From the NCBI GenBank assembly GCA_020631675.1, contig JAHDGT010000002.1, positions 1 to 31,533 on the forward strand: a stretch of DNA of 31,533 nucleotides, in the 5' to 3' direction. Origin of the DNA: Bacteroidota bacterium (GTDB lineage Bacteria; Bacteroidota; Bacteroidia; Chitinophagales; UBA2359). Position 1 is the stretch's first letter. Each line of letters begins with the position of its first letter. The notes under the pieces are model-generated. The model worked only from the letters and a program-made list of their open reading frames with translations, was not told where the DNA came from and searched no databases. The translations under genes and the position numbers were made by a program. Shown in pieces: positions 8,659-17,754 of the stretch.

Positions 8659-9633
8659 TTGAACACGCAAGAACAAATCAATACCCTCTTAGCTAAACTA
8701 GCTGACTTACGCCAAGAAATTCACAAAGTGATCTTCGGACAAGAAGAAGTCGTTTCCCAATTGCTCATCAGTCTACTGGCAGGAGGGCATGCTTTAATAG
8801 AAGGCGTACCCGGTTTAGCAAAAACTCTATTAGTAAGTACATTGGCAGAGGCGGTCGACTTATCCTTCAAACGCATACAGTTTACGCCTGACCTTATGCC
8901 GAGTGATATTCTGGGTACAGAAGTCATTCAGCAACACGCCAGCGGACAAACCGATTTTCGTTTTGTTAAAGGACCCATCTTCGCCCATATCGTTCTAGCC
9001 GATGAGGTGAATCGTACTCCGCCTAAAACCCAGGCAGCACTCCTAGAATGCATGCAAGAAAGACATGTCACCTATGCCGGACAGACCTACCCCCTGCCCC
9101 GGCCTTTTTTCATTCTAGCTACCCAAAACCCCATAGAACAAGCAGGTACCTACCCACTACCCGAAGCCCAATTAGACCGCTTCCTGTTGTACATTAAAAT
9201 GCCTTATCCCAGCGAAGAGGACGAACTTAAAGTTTTGAACGCCACCACAGGTGTAAAAAAAGTAAAAGTCAATGCTGTCATTCAAGCAGAAAACATACTC
9301 GAATTACAAGACTACACCCGCCAAGTGAGCATTAGTCCGGATCTGGTCAAGTGGGTCAACCATATGGTAAGATCCACCCGTCCGCATGATAGCCCCTACC
9401 TCTTCATTAAAGAACAAGTAACATGGGGGGCAGGACCCAGAGCAGGACAAGCCCTAATACTTTGCGCCAAAGCCAATGCCTTACTCAATGGTCGTTTCTC
9501 CGTACTAAAAACAGACATTGAAACAATGACAAAACCCGTCCTTCGTCACCGCATTAGATTGAATTACAGTGCCAGTTTAGTACCTAATGCCTTAGAAAAA
9601 CTCATAGAATCGTTAATAGATGCTAGCAAATAA
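8659..9633 (+). CDS. MoxR-family AAA+ ATPase
   Basis: Walker A GVPGLAKT, RIQFTPDLMPSDI, Walker B LADEVNR, ATQNPIEQ.GTYPLPEAQLDRF. TTG start. Confidence 0.93.
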   Translation: MNTQEQINTLLAKLADLRQEIHKVIFGQEEVVSQLLISLLAGGHALIEGVPGLAKTLLVSTLAEAVDLSFKRIQFTPDLMPSDILGTEVIQQHASGQTDFRFVKGPIFAHIVLADEVNRTPPKTQAALLECMQERHVTYAGQTYPLPRPFFILATQNPIEQAGTYPLPEAQLDRFLLYIKMPYPSEEDELKVLNATTGVKKVKVNAVIQAENILELQDYTRQVSISPDLVKWVNHMVRSTRPHDSPYLFIKEQVTWGAGPRAGQALILCAKANALLNGRFSVLKTDIETMTKPVLRHRIRLNYSASLVPNALEKLIESLIDASK

Positions 9634-9699
9634 GGGCAAAACATGCTACTATACTTTCAATAGCTATCTTTACGATCAAATAAACCACTTCACCACCTT

Positions 9700-11547
9700 A
9701 TGGCATTTATTGTATCGGCAAGGAAATACCGCCCTACTCGTTTTGACGAAGTAGTAGGCCAACGTACGGTAAGCACTACCTTGAAAAATGCGATCAAGAA
9801 TGGTAAAGTCGCCCAGAGCTTTTTATTCTGTGGACCAAGAGGGGTCGGTAAAACCACTTGTGCTCGTATTCTCGCCAAGGCACTGAATTGCAGCAGCATG
9901 CAAGCTGCATTAGAAAGCGGCAATGCTGTTACAGACGATCAGGTAGAACCTTGCGGCACTTGCAACTCCTGTAAAACTTTCCAAGAACAAGCCTCCCTTA
10001 ATATCTTCGAGCTGGATGCGGCTTCTAATAATTCTGTAGAAGACATTCGCAAACTCATAGAGCAAGTTCGGTTCGCACCGCAAAGCGGGCGCTATAAGAT
10101 ATACATCATTGATGAGGTACACATGCTCTCTCAAGCAGCCTTCAATGCCTTCCTAAAAACCTTAGAAGAACCTCCGCACTACGCCATCTTCATTTTGGCT
10201 ACCACTGAGAAGCACAAGATCATACCTACCATTCTCTCCCGCTGCCAGATATTCGATTTCGGAAGAGTAGCTGTAGCTGATATTGTGGAGCATTTAAAAT
10301 ACATCAGTGAGGATCAAGGCATAACAGCCGAAGAAGACGGACTGCATGTGATCGCTCAAAAAGCAGATGGTGGCTTACGCGATTCATTGTCCATCTTTGA
10401 CCGTATTGCCAGCTTTAGTGGTGGTACTATCAGCTATCAGCATGTTTTAGACAGCCTGCATGTACTGGATTACGACCATTATTTTAAACTGACAGACGCA
10501 TTGCTTGCTCAAGATAGTAGTAGTGTCTTGTTGGCCCTGGATCAAATTCTGAAAGATGGTTTTGAAGGCGATCATTTTTTAATGGGGCTTTGCGGGCATT
10601 TCCGCGACCTATTGGTCTGTAAAAACCCGCGCACCTTGGCTTTATTAGAAGTGAGTCCAAAGCTAAGAGCACGCTATGGTGAGCAGTGTAAAATCACTCC
10701 TACCAGCTTTCTGCTAAGTGCCTTGCAATTGGCTAATGAATGCATGCAAGGCTACAGAGAAAGCCAGAATAAGCGTTTACAAATCGAATTGGTGTTGCTG
10801 AAAATGTGCCACATCACCAATGTAGTGGATCTGGCAAAAGCCGGTGTGCCGACCATGATCGCCGCCCCTACGACCGCATCCGCACCTTCCGTTGAAAAAA
10901 AAAGTGAAGTCGTAAGCAGTACCCCTCCTAAAGCAACTACTCCACCTTCAGTAGAACCATCCACTGATCCTGCGGTACAGCCCGGCAACGATTTGGGCAA
11001 GCAGGTAGATGTCCCTGAAGCACCAGCAAAAGCTAAGAGCCTACTACGTAAAAAGCCGAAGTCGAAAGATGGGCTTGCGATCACTTCTCTAGGTAAGCTG
11101 CATGAAAACCAACGCAAAGAGCAGGAAGAAGCGGAAAAAAATAAATCTTCCCAGCCGAAAGAAGTAATAGAACTCACTGATGAGCTACTAACTTCTAAAT
11201 GGGCAGCATTTACTGCTCCTTTTGACAAAGGCAGTACAGGCGGTGCCATACTCAAGCGAGTAGTGCCTAAGTTAGATCAAGCAAAGCATCAGATCCGTAT
11301 TGAGTTAGCGAGTACATTTGAGATCGAACGGATTAAAATGGAGGCGCACGACTTTCTACAGCAGCTAAAGACGGAGCTGAACAATCCGAACTACCGTTTG
11401 GAGATGCTTATTGACCCAAGCATAAAAGCCGCTAGAGAAAAAGAACGCAAAGCCTACACCCCCAAAGAAAAATACGAGGAAATGTACAAGGCTAATCCGA
11501 AGATCAAAGATTTAGTGGTCAAATTCGGGCTGGAGTTGGATCATTGA
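9700..11547 (+). CDS. dnaX: DNA polymerase III subunits gamma/tau
   Basis: ARKYRP, GPRGVGKTT, Zn-module PCGTCNSC, ELDAASN, DEVHML, KTLEEPP and SRC motifs; Pro/Ala linker; Bacteroidota-type C-terminal domain. Confidence 0.97.
   Translation: MAFIVSARKYRPTRFDEVVGQRTVSTTLKNAIKNGKVAQSFLFCGPRGVGKTTCARILAKALNCSSMQAALESGNAVTDDQVEPCGTCNSCKTFQEQASLNIFELDAASNNSVEDIRKLIEQVRFAPQSGRYKIYIIDEVHMLSQAAFNAFLKTLEEPPHYAIFILATTEKHKIIPTILSRCQIFDFGRVAVADIVEHLKYISEDQGITAEEDGLHVIAQKADGGLRDSLSIFDRIASFSGGTISYQHVLDSLHVLDYDHYFKLTDALLAQDSSSVLLALDQILKDGFEGDHFLMGLCGHFRDLLVCKNPRTLALLEVSPKLRARYGEQCKITPTSFLLSALQLANECMQGYRESQNKRLQIELVLLKMCHITNVVDLAKAGVPTMIAAPTTASAPSVEKKSEVVSSTPPKATTPPSVEPSTDPAVQPGNDLGKQVDVPEAPAKAKSLLRKKPKSKDGLAITSLGKLHENQRKEQEEAEKNKSSQPKEVIELTDELLTSKWAAFTAPFDKGSTGGAILKRVVPKLDQAKHQIRIELASTFEIERIKMEAHDFLQQLKTELNNPNYRLEMLIDPSIKAAREKERKAYTPKEKYEEMYKANPKIKDLVVKFGLELDH
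10895..10915 (+). other. Putative recoding (slippage/frameshift) site in dnaX
   Basis: A9 run (10895-10903) followed by TGA in the -1 frame (10905-10907) and TAA in the +1 frame (10913-10915). Confidence 0.65.
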
Positions 11548-11553
11548 TCGTAT

Positions 11554-11631
11554 CAATTTGAAAATTTGATAATTAGCTAATTTGAAAATAATTGAATTTT
11601 CAAATTCTGAAATTGACTAATTTTCAAATTG
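11554..11631. repeat. AT-rich composite palindrome of four 11-bp units
   Basis: AATTTGAAAAT at 11555 and 11579; ATTTTCAAATT at 11596 and 11620. Confidence 0.8.
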
Positions 11632-11636
11632 TTTCC

Positions 11637-11788
11637 GCGTGAGGGATAGTAGTGGTTATGAAGCCGCTGAATGCGCCCTGTTTGGCGGCGTAGCGGGGCT
11701 GATCAGAGGAAGACACCGCTACGCCTGCCAAACAGCAGCAGGCAGCGGCTGAATTTGAACGGATAGCCCGACCCGCAGGGGCACGCCC
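11637..11788 (-). repeat. Dispersed nested-hairpin intergenic repeat, copy B
   Basis: The minus strand reads GGGCGTGCCCCTGCGGGTCGGGCTATCCG...AACCACTACTATCCCTCACGC. Internal stem 11678-11696 / 11716-11735. Confidence 0.8.
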
Positions 11789-11832
11789 AAATAAAAAAAC
11801 AATTAACACAAACATAAACTCCTATTCTTACT

Positions 11833-14751
11833 ATGAACTGGACAATATTAAAACAAGGAGGCAGTAGTTCAATGCTACTAAGTTGCTTTCTACTTATCCT
11901 CATTAGCATGCAAGTTCAAGCTCAGACCGCTTTTGATAGCGTAGCGGGCGATCCGCTTAAGGTGCAAATGTATACGCTTGACAATGGCTTGAAGGTCTAC
12001 TTAAGCGTAAATAAAGATGAGCCTCGAATTCAAACCGCGATTCCAGTGCGTGTGGGCTGTAAACAAGACCCTCGCGAAACGACCGGTCTTGCTCACTATT
12101 TAGAGCATATGCTTTTCAAGGGTACCGACCAAGTGGGTACTTCTAATTGGGAAGAAGAGAAAGTTTTATTAGATCAGATCCGCGACTTGTATGAAGCACA
12201 TATGAAGGAAGATGAACCCGAAAAGAAAAAAGCCATCTACGCTCAAATCGATAGTGTAAGCTTTGAGGCCTCCAAACTGGCCGTGCCTAACGAGTATGAT
12301 AAGATGGTGTCCTCTTTGGGAGCGAAATATACCAATGCTTACACCAGCACGGATCAAACGGTATACATCAATAACATACCTGCGAACGAATTGGAGAAGT
12401 GGTTAAAGCTGGAAAGCGAGCGTTTTAGAATGTTGGTTTTGCGTCTATTCCACACAGAATTAGAAGCGGTGTATGAAGAATTCAATATGAGTCAGGATCG
12501 CGATGGCAGCAAGGTTTATCAAGCCATGTTGAAGCGTTTATTCCCGAATCACCCTTATAGCATTCCTACGATCGGTACAGGTGAGCATTTAAAAAACCCT
12601 TCTTTGGTCGAGATCCAGAAGTTCTTTGACACTTACTATGTGGCCAACAATATGGCGATCGTGCTGGCTGGTGATTTTGAGCCGGAATCCACCATCAAAA
12701 TGATCAAAAAGTACTTTGGTGATATGCGTTCCGGCGAAGTACCGGAATGGTCTTTCAAACCAGAACCACCCATGACCGAAAACATCACTACTGAGGTGTT
12801 CGGTCAAGAAGCAGGCTATGTGAATTTATACTATCGCTTTAAGGGTGCTGGCTCTAAAGAAGCGAAAATCTTAAAGCTGATGGATGCCATTTTGGCGAAT
12901 GGCCAAGCGGGTTTGATGGACTTGAACCTGATCCAAAAGCAAAAGATCTTAGATGGCGGCTGCTATCAGTATTCTATGGTGGATTACTCCATTCATGTAC
13001 TGAATGGTAAAGCGCGTGAAGGTCAGAGCCTAGAAGAAGTAAGAGATTTGCTACTTGAACAAATTGAACTACTGAAGGCGGGCAAATTCGACGATTGGTT
13101 GATCGATGCGGTGATCAAAGATTTTAAATTATCAGAGATCAAAGGCTATGAAAGCAATTGGCTACGTAACAGAAAGATGGTATCCGCATTCATTGAGAAT
13201 AGACCTTGGTCGGATTATGTGAACGAGATGGACGAGCTGAGCAAGATCACGAAACAGGACATTGTTGAGTTCGTGAATAAGCATTACGACCATTATGTAG
13301 CGGTATTCAAACGCCAAGGAGATGATGATTCTGCCTATAAAGTAGAAAAGCCACCTATTACTCCTATTGAAATGGAACGGGCAAATGGCTCTGATTTTTA
13401 CAATGAATTCAATGCCATGGGTACAGACCGATTGAAGCCTGTATTCTTGGACTATGCGGCAGACATCAAGAAAGAAACACTCAAAACAGGTGTAGATATG
13501 AACTACATCAAAAATGAGACGAATGCGACTTTCAACTTGTACTACATCTTGGATATGGGTACGAGAAATGATAAGATGCTGGGCTTGGCGATCAAATACT
13601 TGCCTTATTTGGGTACCAGCAAATACAGTGCGGAGCAGCTGCAACAAGAGTTCTACAAGTTGGGTTTGAGCTTTGATGTATTCTCTTCGGGCGAGCGTGC
13701 TTATGTGAACTTAACGGGCTTAGACGAATCTTTAGAAGAGGGCGTTGCGCTATTTGAGCATGTACTGGCAAATGTTGTGGCTGATGAAACCGCATTGCAA
13801 AATATGATCGCAGGTGTTTTGAAAGAGCGTGAGGATGCGAAAAGTAACCCCCGTTCTATTTCAAGTGCTTTGTTCAATTATGGAGTCTATGGTAAAAACT
13901 CACCTTTCACACATAAACTGAGCAATGAAGAATTGAAGCAGGTTAAAGCCAGCGAGCTGATCGACCGTATCAAGTCTTTAACCAGCTACGAGCATTATGC
14001 TTTCTACTACGGTAGTAAGGAGATGAAAGATGTTTGTAAGTTGTTAAGCAGCGCACATCAAGTGCCTAAAACACTGAAACCATATCCAGCAGCAGCAACC
14101 TTCGAGCAAAAGGAAACTTTAGAAGACGAGGTGATCTTTGTTGATTATGACATGGTGCAAGCACGAATCATGATGTTGAGCAAAGACGAGCAGTTCACAC
14201 CTAAGCACATACCTTATACTCGTGTATTCGGGGAGTATTTCGGCTCTGGTCTGTCTTCGATCGTTTTCCAAGAGATTCGCGAGAAGCGGGCATTGGCTTA
14301 TAGTGCTTATTCTTTCTTTACCGTACCTCGTAAAAAAGATGAAGCCCACTACTTACGTGCTGGCATGAGTGTACAAGCGGATAAAATGCAGGATGCCATT
14401 ACAGCTATGCGTGGTCTGCTGAATGACATGCCTAAGATCGACCAGCAATTTGAAGGTGCGCGTACTTCCATTTTAAAGCAGATGGAGACAGAGCGGATCA
14501 CTAAAACCAACAAGTATTTCAATTACTTAACAGCTAAAGATCGTGGCTTAGACTATGATGTGCGTAAAGATGTGTATGAGAGCATTGAGAACATGAACAT
14601 TCGTGATATGGAGCGTTTCTTTAACCAGCATGTGAAAGCGAAGCCTTTCTCCTTCTTAGTTACGGGTAAGAAAGATGAACTGGACATGGAATACCTGAAA
14701 TCTTTGGGCAGCTATAAAGAGGCGAGCTTGGATGAGTTGTTCGGGTATTGA
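11833..14751 (+). CDS. M16 (insulinase/PqqL-like) zinc peptidase, single chain, with signal peptide
   Basis: Inverted zinc motif GLAHYLEH, NAYTSTDQTVY and downstream VYEE; second half with IREKRALAYS; hydrophobic N-terminus ending VQA. Confidence 0.93.
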   Translation: MNWTILKQGGSSSMLLSCFLLILISMQVQAQTAFDSVAGDPLKVQMYTLDNGLKVYLSVNKDEPRIQTAIPVRVGCKQDPRETTGLAHYLEHMLFKGTDQVGTSNWEEEKVLLDQIRDLYEAHMKEDEPEKKKAIYAQIDSVSFEASKLAVPNEYDKMVSSLGAKYTNAYTSTDQTVYINNIPANELEKWLKLESERFRMLVLRLFHTELEAVYEEFNMSQDRDGSKVYQAMLKRLFPNHPYSIPTIGTGEHLKNPSLVEIQKFFDTYYVANNMAIVLAGDFEPESTIKMIKKYFGDMRSGEVPEWSFKPEPPMTENITTEVFGQEAGYVNLYYRFKGAGSKEAKILKLMDAILANGQAGLMDLNLIQKQKILDGGCYQYSMVDYSIHVLNGKAREGQSLEEVRDLLLEQIELLKAGKFDDWLIDAVIKDFKLSEIKGYESNWLRNRKMVSAFIENRPWSDYVNEMDELSKITKQDIVEFVNKHYDHYVAVFKRQGDDDSAYKVEKPPITPIEMERANGSDFYNEFNAMGTDRLKPVFLDYAADIKKETLKTGVDMNYIKNETNATFNLYYILDMGTRNDKMLGLAIKYLPYLGTSKYSAEQLQQEFYKLGLSFDVFSSGERAYVNLTGLDESLEEGVALFEHVLANVVADETALQNMIAGVLKEREDAKSNPRSISSALFNYGVYGKNSPFTHKLSNEELKQVKASELIDRIKSLTSYEHYAFYYGSKEMKDVCKLLSSAHQVPKTLKPYPAAATFEQKETLEDEVIFVDYDMVQARIMMLSKDEQFTPKHIPYTRVFGEYFGSGLSSIVFQEIREKRALAYSAYSFFTVPRKKDEAHYLRAGMSVQADKMQDAITAMRGLLNDMPKIDQQFEGARTSILKQMETERITKTNKYFNYLTAKDRGLDYDVRKDVYESIENMNIRDMERFFNQHVKAKPFSFLVTGKKDELDMEYLKSLGSYKEASLDELFGY

Positions 14752-14757
14752 TTTATG

Positions 14758-14792
14758 AAGACATAAGATTTAAGACGTAAGACATAAGACTT
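14758..14792 (+). repeat. Heptamer tandem array (AAGAnnT)x5
   Basis: AAGACAT AAGATTT AAGACGT AAGACAT AAGACTT, 6 nt after the M16 stop. Confidence 0.85.
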
Positions 14793-14817
14793 CGTGCTAA
14801 CGTCTTAGTGGTTTAAT

Positions 14818-14851
14818 AAAAAAAGCGTTGCTGTTTAGCAACGCTTTTTTT
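14818..14851. terminator. Bidirectional intrinsic terminator between convergent genes
   Basis: AAAAAAAGCGTTGCT-gttt-AGCAACGCTTTTTTT, a perfect 15-bp inverted repeat. Confidence 0.92.
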
Positions 14852-14861
14852 ACTTTTTGTA

Positions 14862-16355
14862 TCATTCATCCCCTAAAAGTCCGTCCAGATCTACCATGCT
14901 GCTCAGTAGATCTTTAAAGGTAAAACCAGAGCGCACCATTCCTTTGCTGATTTGCGAAAACTCTGCCAAGCCGTGTAATAAGAACTCCATTAAGTAGAGT
15001 TTATCAGCAGCAGAAGCATCGGGATGTAGATTTTCTACTGTTTCATTCAAGCCCGGAATAGAATGCAGTATTTTGCCATAATCAGCATTACTGCTATCTA
15101 CCATTAGGTCAATATTATGCCCTTCAGAGAACCAGTTGATGATGCGTTGATAAGGGTTTTTCTTTGTTTCCCCTCCTCTATTGCGTTTGCGAGTATCTGG
15201 CGTAGGGAAATAATCAGAAAACTGATTGCGAATGGCTTGCCCTACTAAGTTCTGCGCTACAATGAACGCTCCTTCTTGTTCCCCTTCGTAAACCAACTCT
15301 ACCTTACCTGTGATGGCGGGGATGATGCCCCACATATCTCCTACTCTGATGTGCGTGCTGGCTTCATCATTGATCAAAGCTCTCCGTTCTGCCGCACTGA
15401 CCAAGTTCTCCATTGCCGTAATTGTTAAACGAGCGGAGACACCGCTTTTCTCGTCGATCAACTCGCTATTTCTGGCTTCAAAGGCGACTTGTTCCACTAG
15501 GTCTTTCGCCAGATCGTTTACCGTAACTCGTTTTACTTGATCGGCACCCAATTTCGCTTCCTGATCCGTAATGGCCCGAGCCGTAGGCAGATCAACCGGA
15601 TAGTGGGTCAGGATCTGACTTTCAATACGATCTTTCAATGGTGTAACAATGCTACCTCGATTCGTATAGTCTTCTGGATTAGCCGTGAAAACGAATTGAA
15701 TGTCTAAAGGCAAACGCAGCTTAAAGCCTCTGATCTGAATATCGCCTTCTTGCAAAATATTGAAGAGTGATACTTGTATACGCGCCTGTAGATCGGGCAA
15801 CTCATTGATCACGAATACCGAACGATGGGAACGAGGAACGATACCAAAATGAATCACTCTTTCATCTGAATAATCCAAGCCTTTATTGGCAGCTTTGATT
15901 GGATCCACATCACCGATCAGATCCGCCACGCTCACATCAGGTGTGGCCAGTTTCTCTGCATAGCGATCATCTCTATGCCACCAACTAATTGGGGTGTCAT
16001 CTCCTTTTTCAGCGATCAGGTCGATGGCGTATTTAGAAATGGGGTTGAGCGGATCATCATTCAGATCCGAGCCGCTGACCACAGGTACATACTCATCCAA
16101 TAGATCGGTCATTTTGCGGGCGATCCTCGTCTTTGCCTGTCCGCGTAAACCAAGTAAAAGAATATTGTGACCAGAGAGCATGGCACGCTCCATATCGGGA
16201 ATAACGGTATCCTCATAACCGATCACTCCGGGGAAGCTGTTTTCTCTCTTGCGTAGTCTTTGAATCAAGTTTTTTCGTAGCTCCTCCTTTACACTCAAGG
16301 GCTGATAGCCGCTTTTTTTCAATTCGCCAAGGGTGGAGATATTGGGTTGTGGCAT
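14862..16355 (-). CDS. Magnesium-chelatase-like AAA+ ATPase (partner of the adjacent VWA protein)
   Basis: Walker A variant GLRGQAKT, EKLATPD, Walker B variant FVINELPDL, ANPEDYTNRG and SGVSAR. ATG 16355 (MPQPNISTLGELK) is preferred because the 16394 ATG lies inside a heptamer repeat. Confidence 0.85.
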   Translation of the reverse strand: MPQPNISTLGELKKSGYQPLSVKEELRKNLIQRLRKRENSFPGVIGYEDTVIPDMERAMLSGHNILLLGLRGQAKTRIARKMTDLLDEYVPVVSGSDLNDDPLNPISKYAIDLIAEKGDDTPISWWHRDDRYAEKLATPDVSVADLIGDVDPIKAANKGLDYSDERVIHFGIVPRSHRSVFVINELPDLQARIQVSLFNILQEGDIQIRGFKLRLPLDIQFVFTANPEDYTNRGSIVTPLKDRIESQILTHYPVDLPTARAITDQEAKLGADQVKRVTVNDLAKDLVEQVAFEARNSELIDEKSGVSARLTITAMENLVSAAERRALINDEASTHIRVGDMWGIIPAITGKVELVYEGEQEGAFIVAQNLVGQAIRNQFSDYFPTPDTRKRNRGGETKKNPYQRIINWFSEGHNIDLMVDSSNADYGKILHSIPGLNETVENLHPDASAADKLYLMEFLLHGLAEFSQISKGMVRSGFTFKDLLSSMVDLDGLLGDE

Positions 16356-16366
16356 TCTTTTATTTT

Positions 16367-16401
16367 TAGACCCGAGACGTGAGACTCGAGACATGAGACT
16401 T
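16367..16401. repeat. Heptamer tandem array (GAGACnn)x5
   Basis: TAGACCC GAGACGT GAGACTC GAGACAT GAGACTT. Confidence 0.85.
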
Positions 16402-16516
16402 TTAAATGATCATCGAGCTGGTTTCAAGCTTCTTCGATCTGCTGCAAAATCGTTCTTTCAAAATCTATGAAAGCACTTTCCAATAACAGCTTTATTTCAT
16501 TATGGTTCGTTCAGCC

Positions 16517-17608
16517 TTAGCGGGTGCGTCTTCTTCTATTGCTTTCGTAGTCTTCGAAGATGAACTCGCCCAGGTTTTGCAAGCCTGAGTAAAAGGCTTT
16601 GCCTTGGTTGGTTTCCGTGAATTCACGTACAAATTGCTGCAAATAAGGATCCTGTGCGATCATGAAGGTCGTAACAGGTATGCGCAGCTTTCTGCACTGT
16701 GCTGCCAAGTTCAAGCACTTGTTCACGATCTTGGGATCCAAGCCCCAACTGTTTTTATAGTACTGATTGCCTTCTTTCAAGCAGCTTGGCTTACCATCCG
16801 TGATCATGAAGATCTGCTTGTTGGGCGTCTTTTTTCTGCGCAGAATATCCATTGCCAATTCCAAGCCAGCCACCGTATTGGTGTGGTAAGGACCTACTTT
16901 CAAATAGGGCAGATCTTTGATCTTTACTTGCCAAGCGTCATTCCCGAAAACGATGATGTCTAAAGTGTCTTTGGGGTATTTGGTGGTGATCAATTCCGCT
17001 AGGGCCATGGCCACTTTTTTGGCGGGCGTGATCCGATCTTCACCATACAAGATCATGGAATGCGAAATATCGATCATCAGCACAGTGGAGGTATGCGTTT
17101 TGAAGTGATTTTCTTGTACTTCCAGATCGTCTTTGGTCAGTTTGAAATCACTCGCCCCATGCCTGATGTGCGCATTGCGTATAGAATCCGTCATGGCGAT
17201 CCGATCGATGGGGTCACCGAACTCGTATTGTTTTCGATCAGAAGTCGCCTCCTCCCCTGCTCCGCTAAAGGGGGTATGGTGATTACCTCGCCCTCCTCTT
17301 TTCAGCTTGCCGAAGATCTGATCCAGTGCGCGCTTTCTGATCGCCCGTTCCGTCTTTGACGTGATGCTCAAACCGCCTCCATCTTGCTGCACGAAATTTT
17401 TATTGAACAGCTCCTCAAAGAAATCATCCAAAGTGTACTCCTCATCGGTCAGGCCGTGGGCTTCGTCGATCTGGCGCATCCAATCCATCGCTTCATCCAC
17501 ATCTCCGGAGGTGTGGGTGAGCAGCTCCATGAACAGCTCTAATAAGCGTTCAAAGGGGGTGCGGTCGTCTTTTTGTGGTATGAATTGGGAGAAACGGTAG
17601 GCGAGCAT
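16517..17608 (-). CDS. von Willebrand factor A (VWA) domain protein
   Basis: MIDAS motif [10 protein letters not shown], then HTNT and MITDGKP; upstream of the AAA+ gene on the same strand. Confidence 0.9.
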   Translation of the reverse strand: MLAYRFSQFIPQKDDRTPFERLLELFMELLTHTSGDVDEAMDWMRQIDEAHGLTDEEYTLDDFFEELFNKNFVQQDGGGLSITSKTERAIRKRALDQIFGKLKRGGRGNHHTPFSGAGEEATSDRKQYEFGDPIDRIAMTDSIRNAHIRHGASDFKLTKDDLEVQENHFKTHTSTVLMIDISHSMILYGEDRITPAKKVAMALAELITTKYPKDTLDIIVFGNDAWQVKIKDLPYLKVGPYHTNTVAGLELAMDILRRKKTPNKQIFMITDGKPSCLKEGNQYYKNSWGLDPKIVNKCLNLAAQCRKLRIPVTTFMIAQDPYLQQFVREFTETNQGKAFYSGLQNLGEFIFEDYESNRRRRTR

Positions 17609-17621
17609 AATAGATAGAATA

Positions 17622-17649
17622 GAGATGTGAGACTCGAGACATGAGATTT
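17622..17649. repeat. Heptamer tandem array (GAGAnnn)x4
   Basis: GAGATGT GAGACTC GAGACAT GAGATTT; shares 19 identical nt with the 16367 array. Confidence 0.85.
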
Positions 17650-17754
17650 CGTTCAGGCGTCTTTAAACTACTTCTATGCTCAAGATAATACAAGCTATAA
17701 ACAACGACTTTATCTTTTTTGTTTTGGGTGCATGCCCGCAATGAAAAGGGGAAT

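Noticed and set aside
11624-11909. Two short minus-strand ORFs (63 and 68 aa)
   Set aside because: They overlap repeat copy B and the M16 start and show no protein-like motifs.
12169-14349. Several antisense ORFs inside the M16 gene (and similar ones inside sulP, dnaX, VWA, GT2 and others)
   Set aside because: They are shadow ORFs fully overlapping well-supported genes, with no recognisable domains.
14862-16355. Calling this gene bchI/chlI (photosynthetic Mg chelatase)
   Set aside because: No other tetrapyrrole genes are present, the Walker motifs are atypical, and the context is a generic AAA+/VWA pair.
14758-17649. Heptamer arrays or hairpin repeats interpreted as a CRISPR array
   Set aside because: There is no alternation of constant 23-47 bp repeats with unique spacers, and no cas genes.
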